Shown: positions 25,430 to 34,531 of the stretch, piece by piece
Position numbering within the stretch: the stretch's first letter is position 1
How the letters are laid out: each line of letters begins with the position of its first letter
Assembly (NCBI GenBank): GCA_050950285.1
Contig: JBMNHG010000002.1
Coordinates: 568,654-632,653 of the forward strand
Source: Kiritimatiellia bacterium
Lineage (GTDB): Bacteria; Verrucomicrobiota; Kiritimatiellia; RFP12; JBMNHG01
Direction of reading: 5' to 3'
DNA: 64,000 nucleotides
Translations under genes and position numbers: made by a program
Notes under the pieces: model-generated
The model's input: only the letters and a program-made list of their open reading frames with translations
What the model was told of the DNA's origin: nothing
The model's database searches: none

Positions 25430-28231
25430 ATGGCAACCAAGAAAACCCCCGCCGGGAAATCCACCACGACGTTCGACGCCCACTACATCTCCGGCACCCA
25501 TTGGGATCGCGAGTGGTATCGCCCCTTCCAGGAGTTCCGCTACCTGCTCGTGAAGCTCATCGACGACCTCATGGAGATCATGGAGACCGACCCGCGCTTC
25601 AAGTTCTTCCATCTCGACGGCCAATCCTGCGTGCTCGACGACTACCTCGCCATCCGCCCCGAAAACAAGGAACGCCTCGGGAACCTCATCCAATCCGGAC
25701 GCATCCTCGTCGGGCCCTGGTTCACCATGCCCGACCTCTTCTGCCCCGGCGACGAGGCGCTCCTCCGGAACCTCCTCCTCGGACGCCGCATCTGCACCGG
25801 GTGGAAGACCGAGCCCATGCCCGTGGGCTTCATCTGCGACATGTTCGGACATCCCTCGCAAATGCCGCAGATCTTCGCCGGCTTCGGCCTGCACGACGCC
25901 GTCATGGGCCGCGGGACCAACGAGTCCGACACCCCCATGTTCTTCGACTGGGAGGCCCCGGACGGCACGCGGTGCTTCACCTTCAAGCTCCAGGACATGC
26001 AAGGCTACGGCGCCTTCGCCGTTCCGCGCACCGTCATGGAAGGCGAATCGGTCATCTCCGGCGAACGTCCGTGGCTCGCCCGGGAAATCGAGGAGGCGGG
26101 CGGCGACGAAGCGAAGGTCCTCGCCGCGAAGGAACGCGCCTGCGGCCGCGAGATCGCAACCTACGTGAACCACGAACTCGGACGCTGCAACGCCTCGACC
26201 CTCTGCCTGATGGACGCGATGGACCACATCGCCCCGGCCTCCGACGTGAGCTTCTACATCCGCGCCATCGAAGGCGCCTGCCGGAACGTCAAGGTCCAAC
26301 ACTCCTCCCTCCCCCGCTTCTTCCAGGCCGCCCGCAAGACCGTGGAGGACGCCCCCGTGAAGAAGGGCGAACTCCGCGACCCGGGCGAGACCCGTTGCGC
26401 CTATCGCTGGCTCATCCCGCACTGCCCGTCCGCCCGCGTCCGCGTGAAGCAGGCGAACGACCTCTGCCAGAACCTCGTCGAAAAGTGGGCCGAACCGCTC
26501 GTCGCCTTCGCCAACCTCTCCGGCGCCGGCATCCCCGACGGCTACCTGCGCGAAGCCTGGCGGCTGATCCTCGCCAATCACGCCCACGACACCATCTGCG
26601 GCTGCTCCATCGACCAGGTCCACCGCGACACGATGTACCGCTACGACCAGGCGCGCATCCTGGCCGAGCAACTCCGCGCCCAGGCGCTCGGCGCCCTCAC
26701 CGCAGGCTGCCGGGACCTCGCCCGAGGCGACGGCGACTTCACCCTCACCCTCGTCAACCCGCTCCCCTTCGCCCGCGACGAAGTCGTCGTCTTCGACATC
26801 GACCTCCCGCCCGACTGGCCGAGCTTCCGCGACGGTTTCAACACCCAGGACGTCAAGGCGTTCGTCCTCGAAGACGCCGCCGGCAAGGAGATCCCCTACC
26901 AGCGCCTCGCCTTCCTCCCCTCCACCGACGAACGCTCGCGCTACGCCAAATTCTGCTTCCAAAGCAACGGGCCCTTCACGCGCTACACGGTCGCCGCGCA
27001 ACTCCCCCTCCCCGCCTGCGGCTTCGCCTCCGTCCGCGTGCGCCCCGTCCAGCACGCCGTCCGCCGCGCCGGCACGCTCCGCACCGGCCCCGCATCCGCC
27101 GCCAACGAGTTCCTCGCGATCGAAATCGCAACCAACGGCACGCTCGCCCTCGCCGACAAGCAGACCGGCGAAACCTACCCCGGCCTCCTCCTCTTCGAGG
27201 ACCGCAGCGAAGTCGGCGACGGCTGGTTCCACGGACACTCCGTGAACGACGAACAGTTCCTCTCGACCGCCTGCGCCGCCCAAGTCTCCTGCACGCAGGA
27301 CGGCCCCGAGGCCACCGCGTTCCGCATAACGGTCGACATGGCGCTTCCCCGCCGATACGACGCCCGCATGGAAAAACCCTCCGACGACCGCGCCACCCTC
27401 CGCATCTCCAGCGTCGTCACCCTGCGCCGCGGCGCGAAGGTGGTGGACGTCGAAACCACCATCGACAACCAGATCGAGGACCATCGCCTCCGCCTGCTCC
27501 TCCCCTCCGGCTGCGCGGCGGCCAAGACCTACCTCGCCCACCATCCCTTCGACTTCACCGAGCGCTCGATCGCGCTCGACCCGAAGACCGCCAACTGGCA
27601 GGAGATGGAGGTCGAGGAGAAGCCCTTCCTCGGCATCGAAAGCGTCGGCTGCGGCAAACGGGGCCTCGCGTTCCTCTCTGCCGGCGCCCTCCACGAAGGA
27701 GGCGTCCGCGACGACGGCGACCGCACCATGCTCGTCACCCTCCTGCGCTCGTTCCGCAAGACGGTCGGCACCGCCGGCGAATCCGACGGCCTGGAGATCG
27801 GCCCCCTCGTGCACCGCTTCGCGCTCATGCCCTTCGCCGGCGTCCTCCCGCGCTCCGAAGCCCTGCGCGAGCTCCAGAGGCTCCAGGCCGGAATGTTCAC
27901 GCGACAGACCGGCCCGCGTCCCTCCGGCTTCCCGAAGATGGCCGGCGACGCGCCGTCCACCTTTGGCTATCTCGAAGCCACCAGCGGCAAACTCGCCGTC
28001 TCCGCCATCAAGCCCGCCGAGGACGGGAACGGGCTCATCCTCCGCCTCTGGAACCCCGAAGGCACGACGGCCACCGAAAAACTGCGCTTCTGGCGCACCG
28101 TGAAGTCCGCCGGGATGACCGACCTGCGCGAACTGCCCGACTCCTCCGCCACGGCCGCGAAGGTCTCCGGGAAGAGCGTCGCCGTCACCGCCGGCCCGCA
28201 CAAAATCGTCACCGTGCGCGTGACCTTCTGA
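25430..28231 (+). CDS. glycoside hydrolase family 38 (alpha-mannosidase/MngB-like)
   Basis: THWDREWY, FHLDGQ, VGPW, DMFGH..QMPQI, HAHDTICGCSIDQVH, TLLRS, KPAEDG..LILRLWN. Confidence 0.9.
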   Translation: MATKKTPAGKSTTTFDAHYISGTHWDREWYRPFQEFRYLLVKLIDDLMEIMETDPRFKFFHLDGQSCVLDDYLAIRPENKERLGNLIQSGRILVGPWFTMPDLFCPGDEALLRNLLLGRRICTGWKTEPMPVGFICDMFGHPSQMPQIFAGFGLHDAVMGRGTNESDTPMFFDWEAPDGTRCFTFKLQDMQGYGAFAVPRTVMEGESVISGERPWLAREIEEAGGDEAKVLAAKERACGREIATYVNHELGRCNASTLCLMDAMDHIAPASDVSFYIRAIEGACRNVKVQHSSLPRFFQAARKTVEDAPVKKGELRDPGETRCAYRWLIPHCPSARVRVKQANDLCQNLVEKWAEPLVAFANLSGAGIPDGYLREAWRLILANHAHDTICGCSIDQVHRDTMYRYDQARILAEQLRAQALGALTAGCRDLARGDGDFTLTLVNPLPFARDEVVVFDIDLPPDWPSFRDGFNTQDVKAFVLEDAAGKEIPYQRLAFLPSTDERSRYAKFCFQSNGPFTRYTVAAQLPLPACGFASVRVRPVQHAVRRAGTLRTGPASAANEFLAIEIATNGTLALADKQTGETYPGLLLFEDRSEVGDGWFHGHSVNDEQFLSTACAAQVSCTQDGPEATAFRITVDMALPRRYDARMEKPSDDRATLRISSVVTLRRGAKVVDVETTIDNQIEDHRLRLLLPSGCAAAKTYLAHHPFDFTERSIALDPKTANWQEMEVEEKPFLGIESVGCGKRGLAFLSAGALHEGGVRDDGDRTMLVTLLRSFRKTVGTAGESDGLEIGPLVHRFALMPFAGVLPRSEALRELQRLQAGMFTRQTGPRPSGFPKMAGDAPSTFGYLEATSGKLAVSAIKPAEDGNGLILRLWNPEGTTATEKLRFWRTVKSAGMTDLRELPDSSATAAKVSGKSVAVTAGPHKIVTVRVTF

Positions 28232-28261
28232 TCGCGCCCGCCAATGCGGGGCCTCCATGGC

Positions 28262-28302
28262 AAGGGACACGGGACGCGATCTCGCGTCCCGCGTCCTTTT
28301 TT
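28262..28302. terminator. long hairpin terminator between the convergent GH38 and Gly-rich genes
   Basis: AAGGGACACGGGACGCGA-TC-TCGCGTCCCGCGTCCTT followed by a T tract. Confidence 0.7.
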
Positions 28303-28306
28303 CGCC

Positions 28307-31300
28307 TTATGGCTCGGGCTGTTCGGTGCCGGCCGTCACCTTGAAGAAGCGGCGGGGCACCGTCGCGCTGATGTCGTGGAAGATAAGGTCGCCGTCGTCC
28401 GTTGCGCAGACGCTGTCCACCAGCACCCATTTGTCGCCAAGCGTTTCCGTCGCATGGAGCGTATACCAAAATTCCTTCTGGGCATTGATGATCTTGACGG
28501 TGAGCGTATCGCCGCCGATGACAAGCGCCGTGCCGTCCAGGGCGAAGACCGGTGCGTCAATGACGAGGATCGCGGTGGTCGGCGCGTCGGTGACGGTCGC
28601 CGTGTACCGGACATCGTCCGCCTTGAAGAGGCAGGAGCCGTTGGGCAGCCAGAGGTAGAGCTTTCCGGCCTCGTCGGCGAAGAGGTCTGCCGTGCCGTAG
28701 TCATCGAGCAACGTGATCTCAATCGCCGCGTTGGGCGCGAGGTGCGGCACCGTCACGCACCAGACGCGCACCATGCCGTTGTCGGGCCCGGCGGCTGCAT
28801 AGCCTCCGTCGATGCGGATGGAGCCGCCGGTGAAGAGGCTTGTTCCAGAGGGTTCCGACGCGTCGCCGCTCTCGCCGTACATCACATCGCGCAGGCCACT
28901 GCCGACGCCCGGGCCGCCACCCGGACCGCCGGTCGCGAAGAGCGTGCCGCCGTCGACGGTCAGGGCCGCGCCCCGACCGCCGGCCCCCGTCTGGCCGGCT
29001 CCGCCGCCGATGCCCGCGGCACAACGCCCGCCGGTCGCCGTGACCCGTCCGCCGGAAACCTCCATCGTACCGCCGCCGAGGGGAGCGGGATTCTCATCGT
29101 TGTTGCCGCTGCCGATGCCGGCCGCGTAATCGCCGCCCGCGGCGGAGACCGTGCCGCCGGTGATCGTCACCGTGCCGCCTGCATCGCCATCGCCTCCACC
29201 GATGCCCGCGCCCAGTTCGCCGCCGGTGGCCTCGAGCGAGCCGCCGTGGACGATCAGCGTACCTCCATATCCGCCGGAGTAGCCGCCCGTGCCGATGCCG
29301 GCGCCGTAGTCGGCACCTTGCGCGACGACCGTGCCGCCGGAAATCGCTACCGCGCCGCCGGCGCCGCCCCCGCCGCCGCCGATGCCGGCTGCGAACATCG
29401 TGCCGCCGGTGGCCGTGATCCGTCCGCCGGAGATGGCTACCGCGCCGCCTGCAGCATTGTTGCTGCCGCCGATGCCCGCGCCACCGGATCCGCCAGTGGC
29501 CGCGAGCGAGGCTGTCGCGTCGCCCAGTGCGTGGGAGATGAAGAGCGTCCGTCCTTCCGAGACTTCGAGACCCGCGCGGTCCTCGCCCGACACAAGCGTG
29601 TTCGCTCCCGCAAGGACGAGCGAGACGACGGCGTCCGCCTGCAGTTCGAAAGCGCAGTGCCCGTAGCCCGTCGCCCGGAGCGTCAGGTTCGAGAGCACAA
29701 CCGTATTGCCGACGCCGTGCGGGACGACGACGCGCACTCCGCTGATCACGTTGACGCCTGAAAGCGTGAAGGGGCCCGTGCCCGTGAGCGTGAGGATGCC
29801 ATTCGCCCCGTCGAAGCTCCAGTTGCCGGGAGGGGCATGCACCGGACCGAAGGCGACGTCTTCGCCGTCGACCGTTACGCCGGAGGAGCCGACGCCGTTC
29901 CAAACTCTCGCCGTACAGCCGCGGTCGTTCGCCGTGAAATCGTAGTCGCCGCTCAGGAGCCACAGATAGATGCAGCCGACCTCGTCGGCAAAGAGGTCAT
30001 TCGTGCCGTAGTTTGCCGGGAAGTCGTTCATCGTGACGCGTTCGTTGGGCTCAAAGCCCGTCACCACCACGCAGAAGACCGGGAAATTGCTTTCCTTGGG
30101 ATCGGGGGCGATGGACGAGCCGGCAAGGCGGATCGAGCCGCCGGTGAAGGTGTTCGCGATGCCGCCTTGGGCTCCCAGGCCGGGTCCGATGTCCGCGCCG
30201 CCGCCGGCGCCTTGGGCGAAGACCGTTCCGCCTACGATTTCGACAAAGCCGCCGGCGGCTTTGTGGCCGCCGCCGATGCCGGCGGCGCCGTTGCCGCCGG
30301 TTGCGAGAACCCTCCCGCCATTCGCCACGAATACACCGCCCGACCCTTTTTCGCCGCCGCCGATGCCCGCTGCATGGTGACCGCCTTCCGCCACGATCTT
30401 TCCGCCGTATACGCGCACGGTGCCGCCATCGTCCGCGCCATTGGCGCCGCCGCCGATGCCCGCGCCACCGTTGGGGCCGCCTTTGGCCGTGACCAGGCCG
30501 CCGTGGACCACAACCACGGTGCTCGTGCCCGAGGCGTAGCAGCCTCCGCCGATGCCCGCGGCGTACTCGCCGCCGACGGCCGTGAGCGAGCCGCCCTCGA
30601 CGGTCACCGCACCGCCCGCATGCCTTTCTCCGCTGCCGACGCCCGCGCCGTATCGGTTGCCTGTCGCGACGACCGTGCCGCCGTAGACCGTCAGCGTGCC
30701 GCTGGGAGCCTGGGATCCGCCGCCGATGCCCGTGGCGTTGTTGCCGCCTGTCGCCGTCAGCGTGCCGCCGGAGACGGTCACGATTCCGCCCGCGCCGCCG
30801 GTCTCGACGACGGGGCCCGTTCCGCCGAGGCCGCCACCGGTGGTGCCGCCGCCGCCGACGCCCGCACCGCCGAAATCGTCAGTGGTATCGCTCGTCGCCG
30901 TGATCGCGCCGCCCGCGAACCAGATCGTGCCGGCGCTTTCGTTGTAGCCGCCGCCGATGCCCGCTCCGCGGTTTCCGCCCGTCGCGGAAAGCGACGCCGA
31001 AGCGACGCCGTAGACGTTGGTGATGAAGACCGTCCGGTCCACCCCGACTTCAAGTCCCGCGCGGTTGGAGCCGGAGACGAGCACGTTTTTCCCCGCGAGG
31101 AAAAGCGATACATCGGCATTCTGCCCCAGCGCGAAGGCGCACCGGTTGGTGCTGACCGTCCGGATCGTCAGGTTCGAGAACGTAATCTCGTTGTATCCGA
31201 AGGTGTAGTCCACGAAGTCGACGCGCACGCCGCTGGCCGAGTTGGCGCCCGACAGCGTGAAGGGGCCCCGACCGTTGAGCGTAAGGAGTCGGTTCGTCGC

Positions 31301-32554
31301 ATCGAAGTGCCAGCCGGCGTCATGGGGGACCGCCGGGCCGAAGCCGATCTCCTCGCCATTGACCGTCACCCCGACGGGACCGATGCCGTTTTCGACCTTC
31401 ACGGTGCAGGCGCGGTCGTTCGCCGCGAAGGCGTAGTTGCCGTCCGGAAGCCACAGGTAGATGCCGCCGCCATCGTCGGCGACGATGTCCTCCACGCCGT
31501 ATGCGTACCCCGGAGGAAGAAGCCCCGCGATTTCGACCGCTTCGTTCGGGGCGAAGCCCGCCACCACGGCGCAGGCGACCCGCACCGTTCCATTGGAGGG
31601 CGTGGGGGCGACAAACGAGGCGGCAGGACAGATCGTTCCGCCGGTGAAGACGTTCGTGCCGGAGGCTGCGCCATCGCGGCCCGGCCCGATGTCCGCGCCG
31701 CCGTTTCCGCCCTGGGCGAAGACCGTTCCGCCTTCAATCCCGACCGTGCCGCCAGCGCTCTTGTTGCCGCCGCCGATGCCCGCTGCCCGGGAACCGCCCG
31801 TCGCCGTCACGATGCCGCCGGAGATGGTCACCGAGCCTCCGCTGCCGCCGGGGTTGTTGTAGTTGCCGCCGCCACCGATGCCCGCGCCGTAGCTGCCGCC
31901 TTCGGCCGTTACAGTGCCGCCGGAGATCGCCACCGTGCCGCCGTTCTTGTTCTGTCCACCGCCGATGCCGGCGCCGCCGATGCCGCCTTCGGCCGTTACA
32001 GTGCCGCCGGAGATCGCCACCGTGCCGCCGTTCTTGTTCTGTCCGCCACCGATGCCGGCCGCCTTGTAACCGCCATGCGCGAGCAACGCGCCCGCGCTGT
32101 CGCCGGGCGCGTTGGTGATCGAGAGCGATGCGCCCTCCGGGACTTCGACGCCTGCGCGGTTCGACGTTGACCAGAGGAGGTTCTCCCCCTCGAGGAAGAG
32201 CAAGACGCAGGCGTTCGTCTCCAGCGCGAAGCCACAGACATTGTCCGGGGGGGCTTCCCAGTGCGGCACGAGTGTCTGGAGATGCAGGTTCGAGAGCGTG
32301 ACCGCGTTCGTCACGCCCGCCGGGACAACGACCCGTACCTTGCCCTGCGTGTTCGTGCCGGAAAGCGTGAAAGGGCCTTCCCCGAAGAGCGCGAGGTTGA
32401 AGGTGGCCGAGTCGTACGCCCAGCCCTCGCCGGGCGAGCCGCCGGACTCGAGCGGCGTGCCGTTCACCGTCACCCCGGTGGGGTTGGCGGTGGCCGTGAC
32501 CGCGAAGCCAATGAACGATGCGGCGAGGATTCTGCTCCAGTTCCGTCTTTTCAT
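28307..32554 (-). CDS. secreted Gly-rich repeat protein (3 GAGIGGG beta-helix modules, Cthe_2159-like) with conserved C-terminal domain
   Basis: Signal peptide MKRRNWSRILAA. Three modules start GVTV(N/D)G and contain repeats of GAGIGGG..GGTVxISGGTVTATGG. C-terminus ...RRFFKV. Paralogue of 44689-56838. Confidence 0.85.
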   Translation of the reverse strand: MKRRNWSRILAASFIGFAVTATANPTGVTVNGTPLESGGSPGEGWAYDSATFNLALFGEGPFTLSGTNTQGKVRVVVPAGVTNAVTLSNLHLQTLVPHWEAPPDNVCGFALETNACVLLFLEGENLLWSTSNRAGVEVPEGASLSITNAPGDSAGALLAHGGYKAAGIGGGQNKNGGTVAISGGTVTAEGGIGGAGIGGGQNKNGGTVAISGGTVTAEGGSYGAGIGGGGNYNNPGGSGGSVTISGGIVTATGGSRAAGIGGGNKSAGGTVGIEGGTVFAQGGNGGADIGPGRDGAASGTNVFTGGTICPAASFVAPTPSNGTVRVACAVVAGFAPNEAVEIAGLLPPGYAYGVEDIVADDGGGIYLWLPDGNYAFAANDRACTVKVENGIGPVGVTVNGEEIGFGPAVPHDAGWHFDATNRLLTLNGRGPFTLSGANSASGVRVDFVDYTFGYNEITFSNLTIRTVSTNRCAFALGQNADVSLFLAGKNVLVSGSNRAGLEVGVDRTVFITNVYGVASASLSATGGNRGAGIGGGYNESAGTIWFAGGAITATSDTTDDFGGAGVGGGGTTGGGLGGTGPVVETGGAGGIVTVSGGTLTATGGNNATGIGGGSQAPSGTLTVYGGTVVATGNRYGAGVGSGERHAGGAVTVEGGSLTAVGGEYAAGIGGGCYASGTSTVVVVHGGLVTAKGGPNGGAGIGGGANGADDGGTVRVYGGKIVAEGGHHAAGIGGGEKGSGGVFVANGGRVLATGGNGAAGIGGGHKAAGGFVEIVGGTVFAQGAGGGADIGPGLGAQGGIANTFTGGSIRLAGSSIAPDPKESNFPVFCVVVTGFEPNERVTMNDFPANYGTNDLFADEVGCIYLWLLSGDYDFTANDRGCTARVWNGVGSSGVTVDGEDVAFGPVHAPPGNWSFDGANGILTLTGTGPFTLSGVNVISGVRVVVPHGVGNTVVLSNLTLRATGYGHCAFELQADAVVSLVLAGANTLVSGEDRAGLEVSEGRTLFISHALGDATASLAATGGSGGAGIGGSNNAAGGAVAISGGRITATGGTMFAAGIGGGGGGAGGAVAISGGTVVAQGADYGAGIGTGGYSGGYGGTLIVHGGSLEATGGELGAGIGGGDGDAGGTVTITGGTVSAAGGDYAAGIGSGNNDENPAPLGGGTMEVSGGRVTATGGRCAAGIGGGAGQTGAGGRGAALTVDGGTLFATGGPGGGPGVGSGLRDVMYGESGDASEPSGTSLFTGGSIRIDGGYAAAGPDNGMVRVWCVTVPHLAPNAAIEITLLDDYGTADLFADEAGKLYLWLPNGSCLFKADDVRYTATVTDAPTTAILVIDAPVFALDGTALVIGGDTLTVKIINAQKEFWYTLHATETLGDKWVLVDSVCATDDGDLIFHDISATVPRRFFKVTAGTEQPEP

Positions 32555-32783
32555 GGCAAGCCCTTCCGATGAGCGGTGATGAGCGGTGAATGGGAACGCC
32601 CCAAATGGATTCGATTGGAGTATAACGCAAAAGGAGGATGGGGAAAGAAATATTTTCACTGGGTCGCCTTCACGTCTCTTCGCGGTTTCCCTTCTTCACG
32701 GCTTCGCGTGAACTGCCAAGCTTTCGACGACCGTCGACGGCAATCAACGACCATCGAAGCAGGTGATCGACTGCGCCGGCAGA

Positions 32784-32865
32784 GTGGCGTGGACATTCCT
32801 GTCCGTGTCACGGGCTGGAAAACCCGTGCCCCTGTTTTGCAGCATGAAGTGTGGCCGAGTTAGCA
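32784..32865 (+). mobile_element. MITE/REP-like element, copy B (partial: double hairpin plus right end)
   Basis: GTGGCGTGGACATTCCTGTCCGTGTCACGGGCTGGAAAACCCGTGCCCCTGTTTTGCAGCATGAAGTGTGGCCGAGTTAGCA matches the right part of copy A. Confidence 0.8.
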
Positions 32866-34452
32866 ACGTTCCACCACGAACTGCACCCACACGATCCGCC
32901 CGGTCGCTCCGGCCGGGGGTTCCACTTCGATGGCATTGTAGAATGGAACCAGATCCTCCCACGGCACATCGAAGGTCACCACGGACGCCGCTTCGCGCGG
33001 ATAGCCGTCGTCAAACAACTGGAAGACAGATACACCCTTCTCCGCTCTCTTCGACTGATCCAGTTTTCGGATTCCCGTCCGCTTTAGCACCTTCGTGTTC
33101 AGACGCGCCGACTGCACGGCGAGCACTTCGTCCGTCACGTCCGCATCGTATACCACTTCCAGACGGCAGGCATCCCCTTCGGCCTGCGTTCCGGGCATTG
33201 GGAGGCGGAAGGTCATGTTCTGTTCCATCCGCGTGAAATCCGCGCCGATCGCCCGATTTGTCAGCGGCATCGGAAGAATCTGTCGCAGCGAATCGCCGGG
33301 CATCGCCTGCGATTCCATTGTCACGGCGACTTTCCGCACGCCGGAGCTCCCATTCGCTTCCGGACGGATATCCTGCAAATACTCTTCCAGTATCGCCAGC
33401 TGATGCGGCTCGCGATAGCACTCGTTGAACAGGTACACGCCGTCCGCCCCCGCCGCCCAGGCGCAGGCTGCGGCACCGCGCATATAGTCGTAGGATGCCG
33501 CTCGGTTCAGCGGGCTGGCTTCCGCCACGGGGCCGATGGCCACATTGACGCGGGGACTTTGCCCGCCACCGTCCCGGTTTGTCGCCAGCAGTCGGCGCCA
33601 CAGCCCGATCGGCGGCTCGTAATCGCAGGTGTTCCCGAAGGTCGAGAGCGTCACCATGTCCACACAGCCGATCTCTGCCCAGGCCGCCACGTCGAAACCA
33701 TGGTTCAGCGCCAGGCGCGGGTCCATCGGGATGCGGTGCCCCAGCTGGATGCGGTGGTTGACCCGTTTTTCCGCCGCCTTGCGGATCGCCCCGATCTCTC
33801 GGACAAATCCGGTCAGAAGCCGCGCTCCTTCCCGTTCCGCTCCCGGCCGGAAGAACATTCCCCACCGCAGCCAGTCGAACTCGATGCCGTCGAAGTCCCA
33901 GCGATCGAATGCCTCTTTCACCAGCGCCAGATGATGTCGTCGGATCTCCTCGTGCCCGAAATCATAGCTTCCCTCCCAGCTTCGTTCGTCGCGGTACGGT
34001 GCCCTTCGCCACTCCGGATGCTCCGCCCACATTTTCGAATGCCAGGTGCAGATCTTTGCATCGGCCCATCGGTGTACTGCCTCCTTCAGCCCGTGCGAAT
34101 CGTTCATCCGCATTGTCAGCCATGCCTCCATCCCCTGCCGGCGCGTCTCGTCCAGCCATACCGCGAACTGATCCACGCCCCGCTTTGCAAGTAGCGCCAC
34201 ATTGTCCACATATCCGTGCTGCTCGCCGCCCTGGACATCGCGGAACCGTTCCCACGCGGCCGAATCGAACAGCGCACGCTGTAGGTTGATGCAGTACAGC
34301 ACCCCGCCGATCGCCCCTGTCCGTGCGTAGGTTCGCACGAGATTCCGGCAGCCCTCTTCCGTCATATCCTCCGGACCATGGCAACCGTATGTGTAGAAAT
34401 GCTCGTTGTCCTCGTTCATCCAGACAAAACGCTTCGACTCCGTTTTCTTCAT
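32860..34452 (-). CDS. hypothetical protein, putative glycoside-hydrolase-like TIM barrel
   Basis: MNEDN...WLTMRMNDSH...HPEWR...YDF...RWDFDGIEFDWLR...GADGVYLFN, a GHL10-like pattern. RBS region AAGAAAG precedes ATG 34452. Confidence 0.65.
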   Translation of the reverse strand: MKKTESKRFVWMNEDNEHFYTYGCHGPEDMTEEGCRNLVRTYARTGAIGGVLYCINLQRALFDSAAWERFRDVQGGEQHGYVDNVALLAKRGVDQFAVWLDETRRQGMEAWLTMRMNDSHGLKEAVHRWADAKICTWHSKMWAEHPEWRRAPYRDERSWEGSYDFGHEEIRRHHLALVKEAFDRWDFDGIEFDWLRWGMFFRPGAEREGARLLTGFVREIGAIRKAAEKRVNHRIQLGHRIPMDPRLALNHGFDVAAWAEIGCVDMVTLSTFGNTCDYEPPIGLWRRLLATNRDGGGQSPRVNVAIGPVAEASPLNRAASYDYMRGAAACAWAAGADGVYLFNECYREPHQLAILEEYLQDIRPEANGSSGVRKVAVTMESQAMPGDSLRQILPMPLTNRAIGADFTRMEQNMTFRLPMPGTQAEGDACRLEVVYDADVTDEVLAVQSARLNTKVLKRTGIRKLDQSKRAEKGVSVFQLFDDGYPREAASVVTFDVPWEDLVPFYNAIEVEPPAGATGRIVWVQFVVERC

Positions 34453-34531
34453 GTTGCTTTCTTGTTGCTCTGTGTCCGGAAACAGCAGGTCGGGATTGCC
34501 CAGAACAGGGATATCGGATATGCGGAACGAT

